Positions 38,721-53,514 of a stretch of 64,000 nt of DNA are shown here, piece by piece. A program made the position numbers and the translations under genes. Under the pieces are notes generated by a model. The model made no database searches and was not told the origin of the DNA. It saw only the letters and a list, made by a program, of their open reading frames with translations. The stretch comes from Octopus sinensis. Lineage: Eukaryota. The stretch is from positions 19,282,001 to 19,346,000 of the forward strand of contig NC_043004.1 of assembly GCF_006345805.1 (NCBI RefSeq). The letters are read 5' to 3'. Each line of letters opens with the position of its first letter. Positions within the stretch are counted from its first letter, which is position 1.

Positions 38721-39899
38721 TATATATATATATGTTTGTGTATGTTATATATATATATATATATATAATATATAATTCTATATATATATATATGTTCGCG
38801 TTAACAGCCCTTTTATCTTGTTTTTCTTGTCCTGTCTTTTACTGTTTATAATTTGTACTGTCGTTGACTGTTCCTGTTTTTGTTACGCATTTTTTACCCC
38901 TCTGCGAAAAGATCTCATAATTTAATTGATTGCTTTTCGCAGGAAGGAAAGTTTTTTTTGTCGAAGATACGTCTCACTTTTATCCTTTGCGAAACGTAGA
39001 GTAGTGAAAACCATAGCGACTGAAGAAGGGGTTTTTTCTTTGTGTTAATTGTCCTGTACTCTATTTCCAGTTCCTTTGGTTTGTGTCTAATGTTTTCATT
39101 TCTCATTGTGTTCGACGTCCCTTTTGTGTCCTGTACGCAGATTTCGTGTAATATGTACGTAGAGGTAGGTACGTACTATGTGTTTTAATATATATTGCAA
39201 TGTTTTTTTTTATTTATTATATATATTATATTATATATAATATATAATATTATATATATATATTATATATATATATGGCTGTAAGGCATTATTTTTCAAA
39301 TACGCCAGTTAAGCTAAGTTGAACTGTCTAAAGTCGAAATATGTCTGTCGTTTTTGTCCTGTTATTATTATTGTTATTGTTTTTTGTATTTAAATTCGTG
39401 TGGCATCGTCCGTTTTTCTGTCCTTGTTTCGTATACATTCGAACCTTTTTCCAAGAAATCTAATGCTCTTAGCTTAGTTTTTCCTTGGGGCTGCCCTAAT
39501 AGGAGCGATCTCAAGATTAATCAGCCGAAATTGCGAGGATGATCCAGAAATGAAATCCTTATCCTACGTTTATTAAAGCTATAGAAATATTTATTCGATG
39601 GGGGAATTTTTTCTCTAAGGGGCAATAACTTTTTAGAATAGCTTCATAATAATGTTGAGAGCGAGTTAAAATAGATTACATCATCATTTCATAAGTTCAG
39701 CTGGCTTGTGGATTTGTGATATATCAATTTGCGCGCTTTAATGGTATTATGTAAATTATCAGTACGACTATATTTATAGTGTTTTTAGTTCTGTTTTGAC
39801 TATCACTGCTATTACTACCGTTCGTACAAGGAACATTAGTGTTGGTAATTTATCACTACAATCGTTATTATTACTGATATTCAGAGCAGCTCTCTCATT

Positions 39900-40560
39900 G
39901 TTATGAATATCAATCATAGAACTATTAGTGTCAGAATTAATATTTATGCAATTACTAACCTTTGTTTTCCCTTTTATGTATAACTTCCTTATGTACGTAT
40001 TATTATTATGATTATGATTATTATTATTAATGCTACTTTCATCAGTACAATCTATTTTGTTCGAGTTGATATTATGTGAAACTGCTTTATAATACTTATG
40101 ATATTTAATATTTTCGTTCTCATTTTTTATATTCAGAAGCTTGGTACTTCCTACACTTCTACAATCGCACGTAATTGTATTTCTGTGTGTAATTATATAA
40201 AAGAATAATATCACAAAGAAATACTACCCTCTATTATATAATCTCTCATTTCACTAGTCACGGAGAAATAACTAATGGATTGTTTATATTCCGCTTTTAT
40301 TAAAACTTCGTTAAAGTGACGAGCATAAACGCCAAAGATATTCTCATTAGCAGAGAGGTGTGATATTCTATTGCAGACGCCATTTACTAATGAGTTAATT
40401 ACATTGGCGGGGTGATTTGCAAAACAGCTTACATAAGTTGTGGGCTCCGCTTCTTTAGGATACCGGTAAAATAGTTTTGATACGAGTTCCAAAGTTAGCC
40501 CTAACATATACGCAACCTTAAGATTCTATTCTAACGTAATGCCCACATTATAAGTTTTAA
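39900..40560 (-). mobile_element. PLE RT C-terminal/thumb remnant
   Basis: GITLE.NLKVAYMLGLTLEL, FYRYPKEAEPTTYVSCFANHPANVINSL..RISHLSANENIF..FNEVLIKAEY match the PLE Y.PYRKPN..Y...SNHP..RIS.LS pattern. Confidence 0.7.
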
Positions 40561-41312
40561 AGAATTTTCATACTTTCTTTCTAGTTCTCTCAATGTATAC
40601 CTTAATGTTACAAGGGATAATATTGTTAGATTCTATCGGATCTAACAATAGTTATCACTCTCAGCTGTCCTTGAATAACAATAGAAGCACTATTGGCCAT
40701 ACATTTCCTATATTATATCATTTTAAATACAAAATTCTGTTTCTAAATAATTTATGCCTCACTAAATATATTATCTATAAATGTAACTTAATAACTAACC
40801 TAAATTATTTTCCCCACATCAGTTCCATCAGTTCCAGAGATTATATATTTATTTTTACACTTTCAATAACAGTAATAAAGCTAAGGTAAAGTGAGATAAA
40901 GGAAAAAATTCGAGAATTTTACTGACATTATCTGTCGGTAAAATTTATGGTTACTTCTCCACTTTGTAGAACAGTGGTGTTTAAGAACTCATGAGGAATA
41001 TATATTTCCTTATCTCCCAGTGGGAGAGAGCTTCGAGTCAATTTTTTTTTTTTTTTGAGGTCTTTTTCTTAACCGAATTCCAGTCAACTTCACTGAATTT
41101 CAGGCTGGATAGAGTTTGGGTGCTTCTGGAGGAGTATGCAGATATTTCCTTTGCAATATACATCGTTAGTTCTACTATGTTATAGCCAGATAAATTATAT
41201 TTACAATTATGTGTATATGAGTATTTACACATACTCATACACTCACATGCGCACATGTATGTATTTATGTATTAATGCATACTATATATATATATATATA
41301 TATATATGAATG

Positions 41313-41378
<66 letters not shown>

Positions 41379-41469
41379 AATATATATATATATATGTATA
41401 TAATAAATATAAGAGAGTGGTCACTGCGCTCTCACCCTTATTAATTAATTATATATATATATATAATCA

Positions 41470-41621
41470 TAGTTGTGTGGTAAGAAGCTTCCTTCTCAAC
41501 CACATGGTTCTGGGTTCAGTCCCACTGCATGGAAACTTGGGCAAATGTCATCTACTATAGCCCCGAACAGACCAAATACTTGTGAGCGGATTAGGTAGAC
41601 GGAAACTGAAAGAAACCCGTC

Positions 41622-41625
<4 letters not shown>
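41470..41625 (+). mobile_element. SINE family A head and core, truncated at (TA)n
   Basis: GTTGTGTGGTAAGAAGCTT..GGGTTCAGTCCCACTG..GGTAGACGGAAACTGAAAGAA. Confidence 0.85.
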
Positions 41626-41659
<34 letters not shown>

Positions 41660-41822
41660 GAATAAGGCTAGAAATTGATATTAATCAATTAAAACCAGTG
41701 GCCTAGCATATTAAAAAAATCCGAAAATTAAAATATTTTTTACATACAAAATTTAAAAGACTGACCACTGTTAGTGGTCAGTCCTTTAAATTATATATAT
41801 ATATATATACACACACATATAT

Positions 41823-43057
<1,235 letters not shown>

Positions 43058-46000
43058 CCAACACTCCAGATTGTAAACTATGGTAAAAGAATATTTATGA
43101 TTAACTATGAAAGACAAAGGAAGAATAATTCATGAAAACCCTAGGTCCGAAAATAAACCGAAAATAACTGATACTACTATTACTACACAAACAACAACTT
43201 CATCTTTCATGCATTGTCTAAGAGCCCGTGCGTTTAAAAAGATTAATCGGAAGCGTTTCACACACAAGAGCTACACTCGTGGTGCCGATGACAGAGATTC
43301 ATTTTTATCAATTTTAATTTGGAACAATACGGCAATGATAATATATCAATAGAGATTGCTCTCTATCATTTTTTTTTTCTTATGAAGTACATGACCAGTA
43401 GATACAACACTTAGTAATTTTCTGTTCAGTCCTGTACGTTGCAGGATAAAGGGTGAGGGCAGGATTTCAGCTCATAAGACTAGTAAGAACTCAATTTTAT
43501 TTTTATTCCATATGCTATCACTTAAAAAAACAAAGACGATTCTCATTAAGTACCCAAAAGATAGAATATTTTCTACTCTCAAAGTATTACATAATTGTTT
43601 TTTCTAGAAGACCTCAGATTTAAGATTGGTTAGAAAGTAGCTTGTTTGACTTAAATCAATTCGTCCGAAACTGGTGAGAAGCGAAATCAGATACCTGATT
43701 CAACTCGCTGGTAGTTTACCTCTAGCGTCGTGTATAGAAGATAGTATCACTGATTATAATTAAATGCTATTTAAGATGTACAAGAACGATGCTTTAAGTT
43801 ACAAAATACAAAAGAACACATCTGCAATCATTATTTACTCTAGTATTCAGCTGAGTAGGAGTTGGTATTCCTGACGTCATGTGTAAACGTAAGATTTATT
43901 ATATCATTATGTTCGCCGCGGAAACACCTGATCAGAACATCTTCAAAGTAAGTGATTTATTATTGCCACCAAACAATAAGAAAATCGTTCTTTATCGGGT
44001 GATGCAAATTTGAAATTATATACCTAGTGTGTTTACTATATGTTACAGTTTCAGTTTCCACCTGTCTATGATTCATTTTACATTTACTTCTATGGCGTTT
44101 AGCAAAGCAATAAAAATCTTAATTTTCTATATCGGTTTTATCATAAATATAAAGTTTTTAAGTCTAGTCACAAATTCACTATTGAATGATATTATAAAAT
44201 TTGCAATGTAAAGAATAGATTTGTGGAGTAAGTTTATTAATAGATATGGAGATATAAAGCGAAGATTGGTTCGCAACTGGAGCTGAATTCAGAAAGCAGG
44301 CAACGAAATAGAGTGGAGGTCGGTGTTTTGTCAAGAGGCCGCGTAATTTTATCAGAAATATAATTTTATTTTTTCTCCTCCTTTAATTTTCTTCAATAAC
44401 ACTTCACTTTGAAATATAGTTATTTCAAACACTGACAGGCTATGATTCACTCAATGAGCACAAAAATACTTTTAAACAGATTATGCGGTCATTGTTTAGT
44501 TTTCATTTCTGAATTACTGCTTTGCGATGTCATGAATCATATATTTAAGACAACAGTAAATTAACAGAGACAGGTGGTGATCAACTGAATGACGTGCATA
44601 AAAATTTATTTCAAGATCGAAAGTTTTTCCCTTAACTGGAGAACGCAAAGAAAAAGCTAAGGATAATTGTGAATGACGCGCAAAAGAAAAGGGGATATAC
44701 TTTCAAGAAATGAAGCATTGCTTTCGCAGATAAAAATGTTTATACTTAGAAGGAAAGTTGTTCTGTGTTGGCAAGCATAATGTCAGCAAACGATACCTGT
44801 CTGCATATCAGACCTCTTCAGTAAAACCCAGTCATCTCACACCAACAGGAAAAGAATTAAGAACATGCTTGGCAATTGTAATTTGTAGAATTTTAGACAA
44901 AATTGATGTATTGAATGACGTACACAAATTTTAAAGGGACTGTAGAAATTTTATTATGGTAATCTTTACGTCACTCCACTGCATTTAGACCAATTCTAAT
45001 AAATATACAAACCATTACATGTGAATCACAAATAGAAATGTAAGCTTGCATATGGAATAAAATTAGCAAAATTCGGTCAAGTATTGGAAATGAATATAAT
45101 CGCCACCGCCGTCTCGAAAATTTCATGATATTGTGCTTATGTTCGAGATTGCTATCATTATTGTTAGAAACAGTACTGCACCGGAAACTCTATCTTGTAG
45201 GATTTAGTTTCGTCTTTTCGCTTATCTTCAGATCCAGCCAGAGTCAACTTCGTATTTTCATTATTCATCTTTCATCAATAAAACAAAATTGTAGTCAAGT
45301 ACTTGAGACGATATATTTTACTAAAAAGAAATAGAGCGGTAGCTTGGTAGAATCGGTAGTCTCGGATAAATGTCTTATGTTATTCGCTTGCCTCTCTTTA
45401 TGATTTAAATACAAATCTGGTTGAGATTGACTTCGTTTTCGTCCTTTCAGGGCGTTGGACCTGTTTTAAATAAAAACAGAGAAAACATTTCTACATTATC
45501 CTTCTTTCGTACAACAATATAGTTAATGTATAAAAACTTGCAAACACACAAGGAAACATTTATAAACCTTCCACACAACCTCCCTGATAAGTTTTTAGTA
45601 TTTATAGAGCTCCCCCCCCCCCGTGAAAGATTTCCACGTGATATGTGGCATTTTGAAAGAAAAAGATAAGCGACTTTTGAAGAGCTTTTCATGGACTGCT
45701 AACGGAACAGGTTTCTCGTTTTTCAGGAACAAACTCATTCCTTTTTTCACCTGATATGTGTAATTTGAAGTAAGCATTCTTGCCATATGTTCTCGGATCA
45801 CTTAATATAGATACAATGGCCATCAAGGAGACCATTCTTCTGGGTACAAATAAGGTGTATGCATCTTCTGAAGTATATTGCTCGGAAAAGAAAGTAAATT
45901 ACCTTTCTTGATCCGTGTGGTTCAAGTGAATTGAGACAGGCATAATCAACTTGCCGAAAAATGCAATTTTGTATTTTGTAAGGATCCCAAGAAAGATTCT

Positions 46001-49000
46001 TGAGATTTGAGGATACTTATTATCACTAAACCTCAAAACAACAATTCTCCTAATAGTGATAACGCAACAACAGCAATAAGTACAGTTCTATACTTTCGTC
46101 TCTTTTCCCACAGATTCTGAGTTTCCTCCTTGACTTATATTTAGCAATCTTTGCCTTTATAAGATTCATCCTAATGACTTGTTACTAAGCGGCTATGATT
46201 AGCGCTTCAGTTTCTAGTTTCAGGTTTCCATTCATCAGCCACAACTAGCGTTCACTTTTCAAGGAAATAAATTCGGCATGACTCCATAGGAGGATATTTT
46301 CGAGGTTTCTTTTCTTGTAGTCAGTTAAGATTTACTACAAAGTGGATGAGGCTGGGATGTGAAAGTTTTGAGAGGAAAGTAATATTCGTCCGTGTAAAAG
46401 CTGGCCCTGCTGGTGGAAATAGTAAGTAGGTCACTGATGCAAAGTAGACATAGTGTTGTAGATAAAGCCGATTCTTGGATGCACCTGAGTTAATTGAGTG
46501 TGAATCAAATAGGCAAGCTGTTTCACACTTCTTGCTCCAATCAGATTTAATATAGTATTTTTCCACACTGGGAAGTGGAAAAAAAAACTCTTGCTAAGAA
46601 GCAAATTTTTCTTAACTAAAGAATATTTAATTACAAGAAATATCGAATAAATACTTCTACTGACAATTAGATGATATTACATAAACATTCCATGAGTATT
46701 ACATCGTGAGCGGCCGAGCCTTGTTTAGATGCTTATGGATCAAAAGAACAAAATTTGGAGCGGGTCTTTTCTGTAGTAACTACTCAAATTTCTAGCCTGT
46801 TTCAATAAACATTAGTAGGAGGAGCAACTAAATCTTCGTTTTGTTTTTCAATCGTCTAATAAACAGACGTATAAAGGTGTTTTCCACAAGTTAATTGATT
46901 TCATGTAAATAAATGTGAAACTTAACCTGGAGGGCATATAACTATTGCGAAGATAAGTAATAAATGAAGCACAGCTTCATAATTCCTTTGGACATTAGTC
47001 CATGTTAAAAGGATGCTACCAACGTGCATAAGTAGATGCCATTTTCATCCCAATGAAATTGATAAACTGAGTTATATAAGTTCAATGTTTGCGTATTGCA
47101 TTCAACAGTTGGGATATGTATAAGATCTGAAAATCTAGATTTAATGAACAAATTCTTGTTTGAAAATGCCTTCTTTACATATAACTCGGTTGAGAAAATT
47201 AGATTAAAAACTGATATACGAAACGTCATTAAGATTATTCAGAATATCTCAGTGGTGGTAATATTAAATGCTAGAATAAAGTGTTTCTTATGTAGGAAGT
47301 TATTGCTCTATGTATCCAAAATCATGAAGTAATTTATAGAATTTTGTTAGAAAGACTACCTATTATTGAATTTATCTTCTATTTCACATTCACAACGGCC
47401 AAAGTGGCATTATTGGGAACTAACTGTTCTTAATACTGTCTTCCGACAAATATTAGCTAGATAACGTCCGCCTTCTGATTCTCAAACAAGTAAAGAGTTA
47501 AAGTAATTCTTATGCGTGTTGTCGAGCAGCCATATTTTTGATCCGTAGTTTTTAGCCTTATCATTTCAAGTACATTAATACTGCCTTTAAACAATCATGA
47601 GCGCTAGACATTTTAATTTCCTTCAAACTATAAATATTAACTATGTATAAGAAATCAATATAATTTAGTTCCGTAAATGTTAACTACTTGCAAGGATTTT
47701 GGAATATATGAATGACTGTTTGTGTAAATGTAGAGTAAATTGTAAAGTAATACCGAAGCGTAGGATATCAACAGTTAAATGTTTGATGTAATATTTGATG
47801 AGTATTCTCATATATAACTTTTCTTATTCTAGTCAAGCAGCTGTTGTATATTGACATTTTCCTTCCTAATTTCGATGTCATCACCTTTTGTTGTCAAAAT
47901 TTCATATAGAATCGCGGTGGATGTTATTTCCTATTTTCCGTATATGGTATATGAATCAGAATTGATGTGCCTTTTCACCTTAATAATGTATATCGAAGTT
48001 TCATTTAATAAATTTTGAATATTTATGAGCTTACTGAAGGAGAATCGTTATTATTACATGGAAAACTAATTAGGATACTAGAACTTGAATTTTCTATTGA
48101 ATAAAGGAGTAACATAATTGCAGAATGACTTTAATGAGTGTTAACCTAACTGTCATGATTTGAATTAGAGGAACTGAGCCTGTATTACATGCAGATATGT
48201 TGCGGCTATTTCTGGATCTTTTACGAAAACAATTAATGAAAGTAGCAAATGGCTGCATTGTTTTTCTCTCTCTAGATCGTTAAAGCTGCAAAGCAGATAT
48301 CTTTACTGGCAGCGAAATCTGTTTCATAAACTTAAAATTTTGTAAATCTTGACGATTATTTGGGTCACTATCAATGACTGCATACGCAAAAGGTGTGTGA
48401 AAAACAAGTGAGCTGAATGGAATGAATTTCTGTCTCAACAGTTGACTACATGAGAACTTCAAATGTCCGAGAACAATTTTTGAAAACGAACCTTTGTCAG
48501 ATTCAGGTCGTCAGGAACTTAATCCTTCTCTCTGGGATCAAAAACAATTTTCCACATCTTTAAAGCAAGTGCTTTTGATCAATTCAGTCGCGGATTCAAT
48601 GCAAATATTCCATGTTTGAAACAGTCAATCTGTGAGTACGAAAAAAGATCAATATTTTATGAATATTTTCATTTGATCAATTCATTATATATACTACAGA
48701 TTGTTTAGTATTGATATTAAGTATTGATATTAATTTTAGTTTCAAGACATAGCTCTTTACGTTCTGAATTCATTTTCATCTAAGAATGATTTAAACAGTA
48801 CCAATCAAGTGCTGGGATCGATCTAATCAACTAACCCATTCTCCTACATTATTGGCTATATGCCTAAATTATAAACAATTATAATATCAAATAACTGAAG
48901 ACTGAGTGTTTGGTTTGGTTTATATATTTGTTTACAGTGTCACTTAATTTCTTCCTATGTCTTTCTATCATTCCTTTCTTTAGGCCTCATCTGGAGAACA

Positions 49001-49937
49001 AAATTATTTTCGGTTGGAATATGAAGAACGTATTTTAAGTGAGAAGTATCAATTACTTCAATTAGTATATACACTGTAGATATGCAAAATGAATTTAACC
49101 TTTTGAGATACATCCAGAATGCATTGAGCTGCAAAATCTGAAATTTTATCAAATTTTCATCTTGACAGCTTATCACTTTCAACGAAAAATATAGCGGGAA
49201 ATGTGTTTGTGACTGATGGAATTGTAACTATTTCTACCAAAGGATCGAAACCTAGAACATATTTCAGAATATTAAATTACATGTGTCATGGAGTATTTCT
49301 AGAAAGTGAAATAAATTTTAGGAAATAGTAACTTGATAATGCGATTAAAATATGGTTAGGATTTTTGTGATACTCATATTCGATTGGTTGATGAGTTGTA
49401 CCAATGAAGAACTCTCACCTTCTCTAACTCGTAACTAACGCTAAATTTGAACATAGATTATGCAATCCTACCTATGCTGTACCAAAATTACCAAATGATC
49501 ATAACCGGGACGTCTGTGAAAGGAGAAATAATTGGTTTAGAAACCGAAAGTGAGGCTAATAGTTAGCATTTGAAAATGGAAAAAAATCTGGAAATGACGC
49601 CCCTTCACAGATTAGATCTGTTTTAAGAAGAACATTTTAGATGTGATAATTATGATAGTGATACATTTATGTCATTAGATGTAAAAAAAGTATTACTAGG
49701 AAGTTTCATACTTTCCAACTTGTAGCCAATGTTAGTGATACAGAGGTTATACCAACAATTACGAGCGGACAATGTTCAAAGGGGACGTTTCTTTGTGGAA
49801 TAAAGAACCACAATGTCGAAAAAATAGGACATCCCAGTACAAAGGTGATAGAAACTGAAAGTAAGTCAACATATCAAAGTCCAATAACTTCAGCAATCAA
49901 AGCTTGAATCCCTACATAGAAAATCGTAAGGACTATT

Positions 49938-50338
49938 CTTTTCTACTCTAGGCACAAGGCCCGAAATTTTGGGGGGAGGGGGCAGTCGATTAGATCGACC
50001 CCAGTACGCAACTAGTACTTAACTTATCGACCCCGCAAGGATGAAAGCAAAGTCGACCTCGACGGAATTTGAACTCAGAAGGAAATGACAGACGAAATGA
50101 CTATTTCTTTACTATCCACAAGGGGCTAAACACAGAGAGGACAAACTAGGACAGACAAACGTATTAAGTCGATTACATCGGCCACAGTCCGTAACTGGTA
50201 CTTAATTTATCGACCCCGAAAGGATGAACGGCAAAGTCGACCTCGGTGGGTGGAATTTGAACTCAGAACGTAACAGCAGACGAAATACGGCTACGCGTTT
50301 CGCCCGGTGTGTTAACGATTCTGCCAGCTCGCCGCCTT
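49938..50338 (-). mobile_element. SINE family B dimer flanked by a 16-bp TSD
   Basis: AATCGTAAGGACTATT (49922-49937) and AATCGTAAGGGCTATT (50339-50354). Confidence 0.85.
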
Positions 50339-51158
50339 AATCGTAAGGGCTATTGGTTTAATTATGTGAAAAAATTATTCCGATTCCAAAGCCGATCTCA
50401 CCCAGCATAGCACATCAGTAACACCGCCGACGACAAAACTAATAGCTTAATGAGAGAAACTACAACAATCGTCTTAAAAACGGAAGGACAGATTGGACAA
50501 TAAACATTTTTCAGGTGTCGTAGGGGAAAAACAAACATGAAACCTCGCGGCTCCCCTTAGCCTTAGGCAAAAAAGCTTGGTCTACACCACTGGTTTTCAA
50601 TTGGCGTCGATATAAAATTACTTTTCCTTTGTTTTTGGTGGGAGGTGTGTCCACGCAAGCAATATAGTAAGATCCAACAGCAGTTTAAGGGTCCACGAGA
50701 ACTTTTTATTTAGATGTATTTATTGCAAGAAACAGTAAAGTTTTCTTTCTCCAACGTTTTCAGGAGCTCATCCTATACATGTTAATAAGTGAAAAAGAAA
50801 ATAAGAATTTTGAAAGAAGCTTCTATAAAACTAGTTTTTAAACATCGAATGGCTATGAGGATCCACCAGAATAAAATTGTACTCAAAGGGGTTTATAGAT
50901 AAAAAGAGTGGTTGAGAGCTATTGATCTTCATGAATGCAAGGGACTGGGCTTAATTAAAAGCATACGGAATACCACTTCTGCGCAGGACCCTTCAAATCC
51001 ACAATTATGTGAACAAAGATCAGATACAACAGACGTAGGACAAACCATGATTATAGTCTCATAGCATACATAAAAATAAGTTCATAAACACATTCTAGAA
51101 TTCAACCATTCAAGCAAAAAAGAAAAAGAAAAGAAAAACTCAGAGAAACAAACATTAA

Positions 51159-51365
51159 TACTAGGAGGTGATGAAAAGTTCCTGGCTTTGGGTAAAAGAA
51201 AATACAGGAGGATCAGTTAGTTATGATTTTATTCAATATATTCCTCTTATTGCAGCAGTCGATCAGGTGTTTTCTGGGCCCTGTAAAAGAACTAGGAAGG
51301 TTGGGCCTCCAGTTAGACCTTTCACGATACCTTTAAAACTAGGAACTTTTCAACACACCATCGTA
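51159..51365. mobile_element. Mariner-type MITE nested in the hAT element
   Basis: TA-CTAGGAGGTGATGAAAAGTTCCTGG ... CTAGGAACTTTTCAACACACCATCG-TA: imperfect TIRs with TA flanks. Confidence 0.7.
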
Positions 51366-52560
51366 TAATATAAACATAGCTTTACCACACCACCTTCCTG
51401 CTTTCTACTATATAAGTTTTACTTCTAAAATAACATCGCTGGAGAAATTTCAATGCGATCAACACGAGATAATTATTTCTAAAAAAAGCAATAGCAAGGG
51501 ACACTAATATTACAATTAAAGATCCTTTAAATCCTAAAACTCACAACCTATCGCCGACAATCCTTACCAAACTAACATTGTATATCTTTGCTAGGTAAAG
51601 TTTTCTGTCCCATACATTTCGCAACACCACATATAAAACATCCCCAGCTGTTTTATGGATATCTAACTTTCATCGTCTTTACACCCTCATATATATCAAT
51701 GATCAAAAGAAAAGAATATAATATAAAAGCATTTAAAAACAAAATTCATGGTCGAATCACTTGCAAGAAGTGTCAAAATTACGGTTGGCAAATTCAACAT
51801 AACTCTCATCAGCATACATTTTTCGGCACATACACTCAATACAATAGGTGTAGAAACTACCAGAATACATATATCCGATATAACAACAAAATCATACAAA
51901 TGAAATAACAAGCCTGATAATATTCGGAATTGTAATATGGATAAATATCATATCAGTACACATAAAAAATCAAACATATTACATCGCAACTAAACAGAGC
52001 AGAGAATTGAAAAGAAAAAGAAAAACAAAACAACAAAAAGGTTATTAAAAATTATAAACACTTGTATCGACTATAAACACGCAGTAAAATATATAATTAG
52101 CAGCAGGAGTTTCTGTTCCAAAAATAGCCACTCATCTTCTCTTCTCCATAACTTTTATAACAACAAACACTCTGATCTCAAGTAAAATCAATTATCAAGC
52201 ACATATATAAATAAATCAGTTACCATGGACTACATAAAAGCAAACAAAAAAAAAAAGCATAGCTACACACCTTACACTTATAAGCATGGCCTTGAAGTTC
52301 AAGTGTCTAAAACATCCCAAACACAGGTTCCTAGTGAACTACTTATAAACAAATTATTCATCGTCTCTTTAAAAAACACTCGAAAACAGATGGCTAAGTA
52401 TTTCTCAGATCACCAATCCTAACAAAACTTGTATATCTTTCAAATTCTCAAAATGTGTTCTAAAAGTGTAGTTATCAACCGGACTCCATATAAGGTTTTT
52501 TTCCTAAAATTTATCTGCAATAAATTGCTTATATTTCTACAAAACACAAAATATTTTCAA

Positions 52561-52971
52561 ATCACTTGGATCACATGGATAGGCATAGCTGCTAGGGATC
52601 GGCTCCACTGGCCACAGAACTGGCTCCATTTCCCTCGTCCTCTCACCACTCTCCTCCACGTTACCCCAAACATTTTTCTTAAATCCTCTATATACATGTG
52701 AGACTTGGGGCTTGACGAAGAGAGAACAACGGCGCAGGGAGCCATGGGGGGGTCGATGCTGGGAATCTCGCTAAGTGATGACATCCGGAACGAGGAGATC
52801 AGCGATATAACCGGAGTGAAGGACGCCGTCGCAGAATACCACCACGCAAAGCTACAAAGGGGCAGGTCATGTCGCAAGGTACAATGACGGTCGGTGGACC
52901 CACGCAGTTATCAAGTGTATCCGCCCGAGCGGAAGAGACCACTCGGAAGATCTCCAATCAGGTGGGAAGAT
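52561..52971. mobile_element. RTE-clade LINE 3' fragment with 5' inversion
   Basis: Plus strand (about 52695-52971): SMLGISLSDDIRNEEI..GHVARYNDGRWT..KRPLGRSPIRWED; minus strand (about 52690-52561) continues EDLRKMFGVTWRRV and ends in TCCA(T/A)GTGA tail repeats. Confidence 0.85.
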
Positions 52972-53514
52972 GTATTTTTAAATACAATTGCTAATAATAT
53001 TTTATTACAAAAATATAAGATTTTTTTTAAACATCGTATGACTATGGAAGTGAATCTGATTAAAATACGAATCAAAGGGATCCACAGGCAAAAAACAATT
53101 TGAGAACCACTGGTCTACACAATAAAAATTATAAAATCCTGAAAAGAGAAGTTCGTGCAGGGCAAAATGATTTGCAGCAGTAAACCCACAGCCACCAACC
53201 ATTGCAAAATTTAATATAGTATGTAAGATCGGCCCCTACACAAACAACCACTCTACAATATCGCAGAACTCAGTGACCACATCATTATACGAGCATTTAT
53301 CCTTCACGCTCAGTACAAAGAAACATTATAAACACAAACACACTAAAATAGCGGCACCATCATTTGCTACAAACACCAAACATAACTGAAGAACGTCATC
53401 TGTTGCACACTGACATAGTCCAGCTTTACAAATCACCAAAAGCTACTGACAAATAAAAACAAACTTGATAGAAATTCGGTATAGCAGGACTGCTGTCGTG
53501 TACGATGAACACTG

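Larger units (their letters stand above)
50588..53112. mobile_element. hAT (Charlie-like) non-autonomous composite element, 2525 bp
   Basis: TIRs CACTGGTTTTCAA and TTGAGAACCACTG; exact 8-bp TSD GTCTACAC at 50580-50587 and 53113-53120, close to the Charlie NTCTAGAN preference. Confidence 0.85.

Noticed and set aside
38960-39040. GCGAAACGTA followed by CTGAAGAAGGGG as a type II hammerhead
   Set aside because: No convincing helix I or II pairing in either permutation.
43872-43879. CRE palindrome TGACGTCA (also a CCAAT/GC-rich patch near 14350)
   Set aside because: Isolated short motifs with no transcription start evidence.
45690-46566. Minus-strand peptides resembling an E2 enzyme (EEWSP..SILSDP) or a kinase (LSKLSHPSLIHF)
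   Set aside because: Short matches that need frameshifts, lack neighbouring conserved motifs and are consistent with chance.
49600-49900. PiggyBac-like N-terminal peptide (WNKEPQCRKNRT)
   Set aside because: Too short; no TTAA/TIR or DDD core found.
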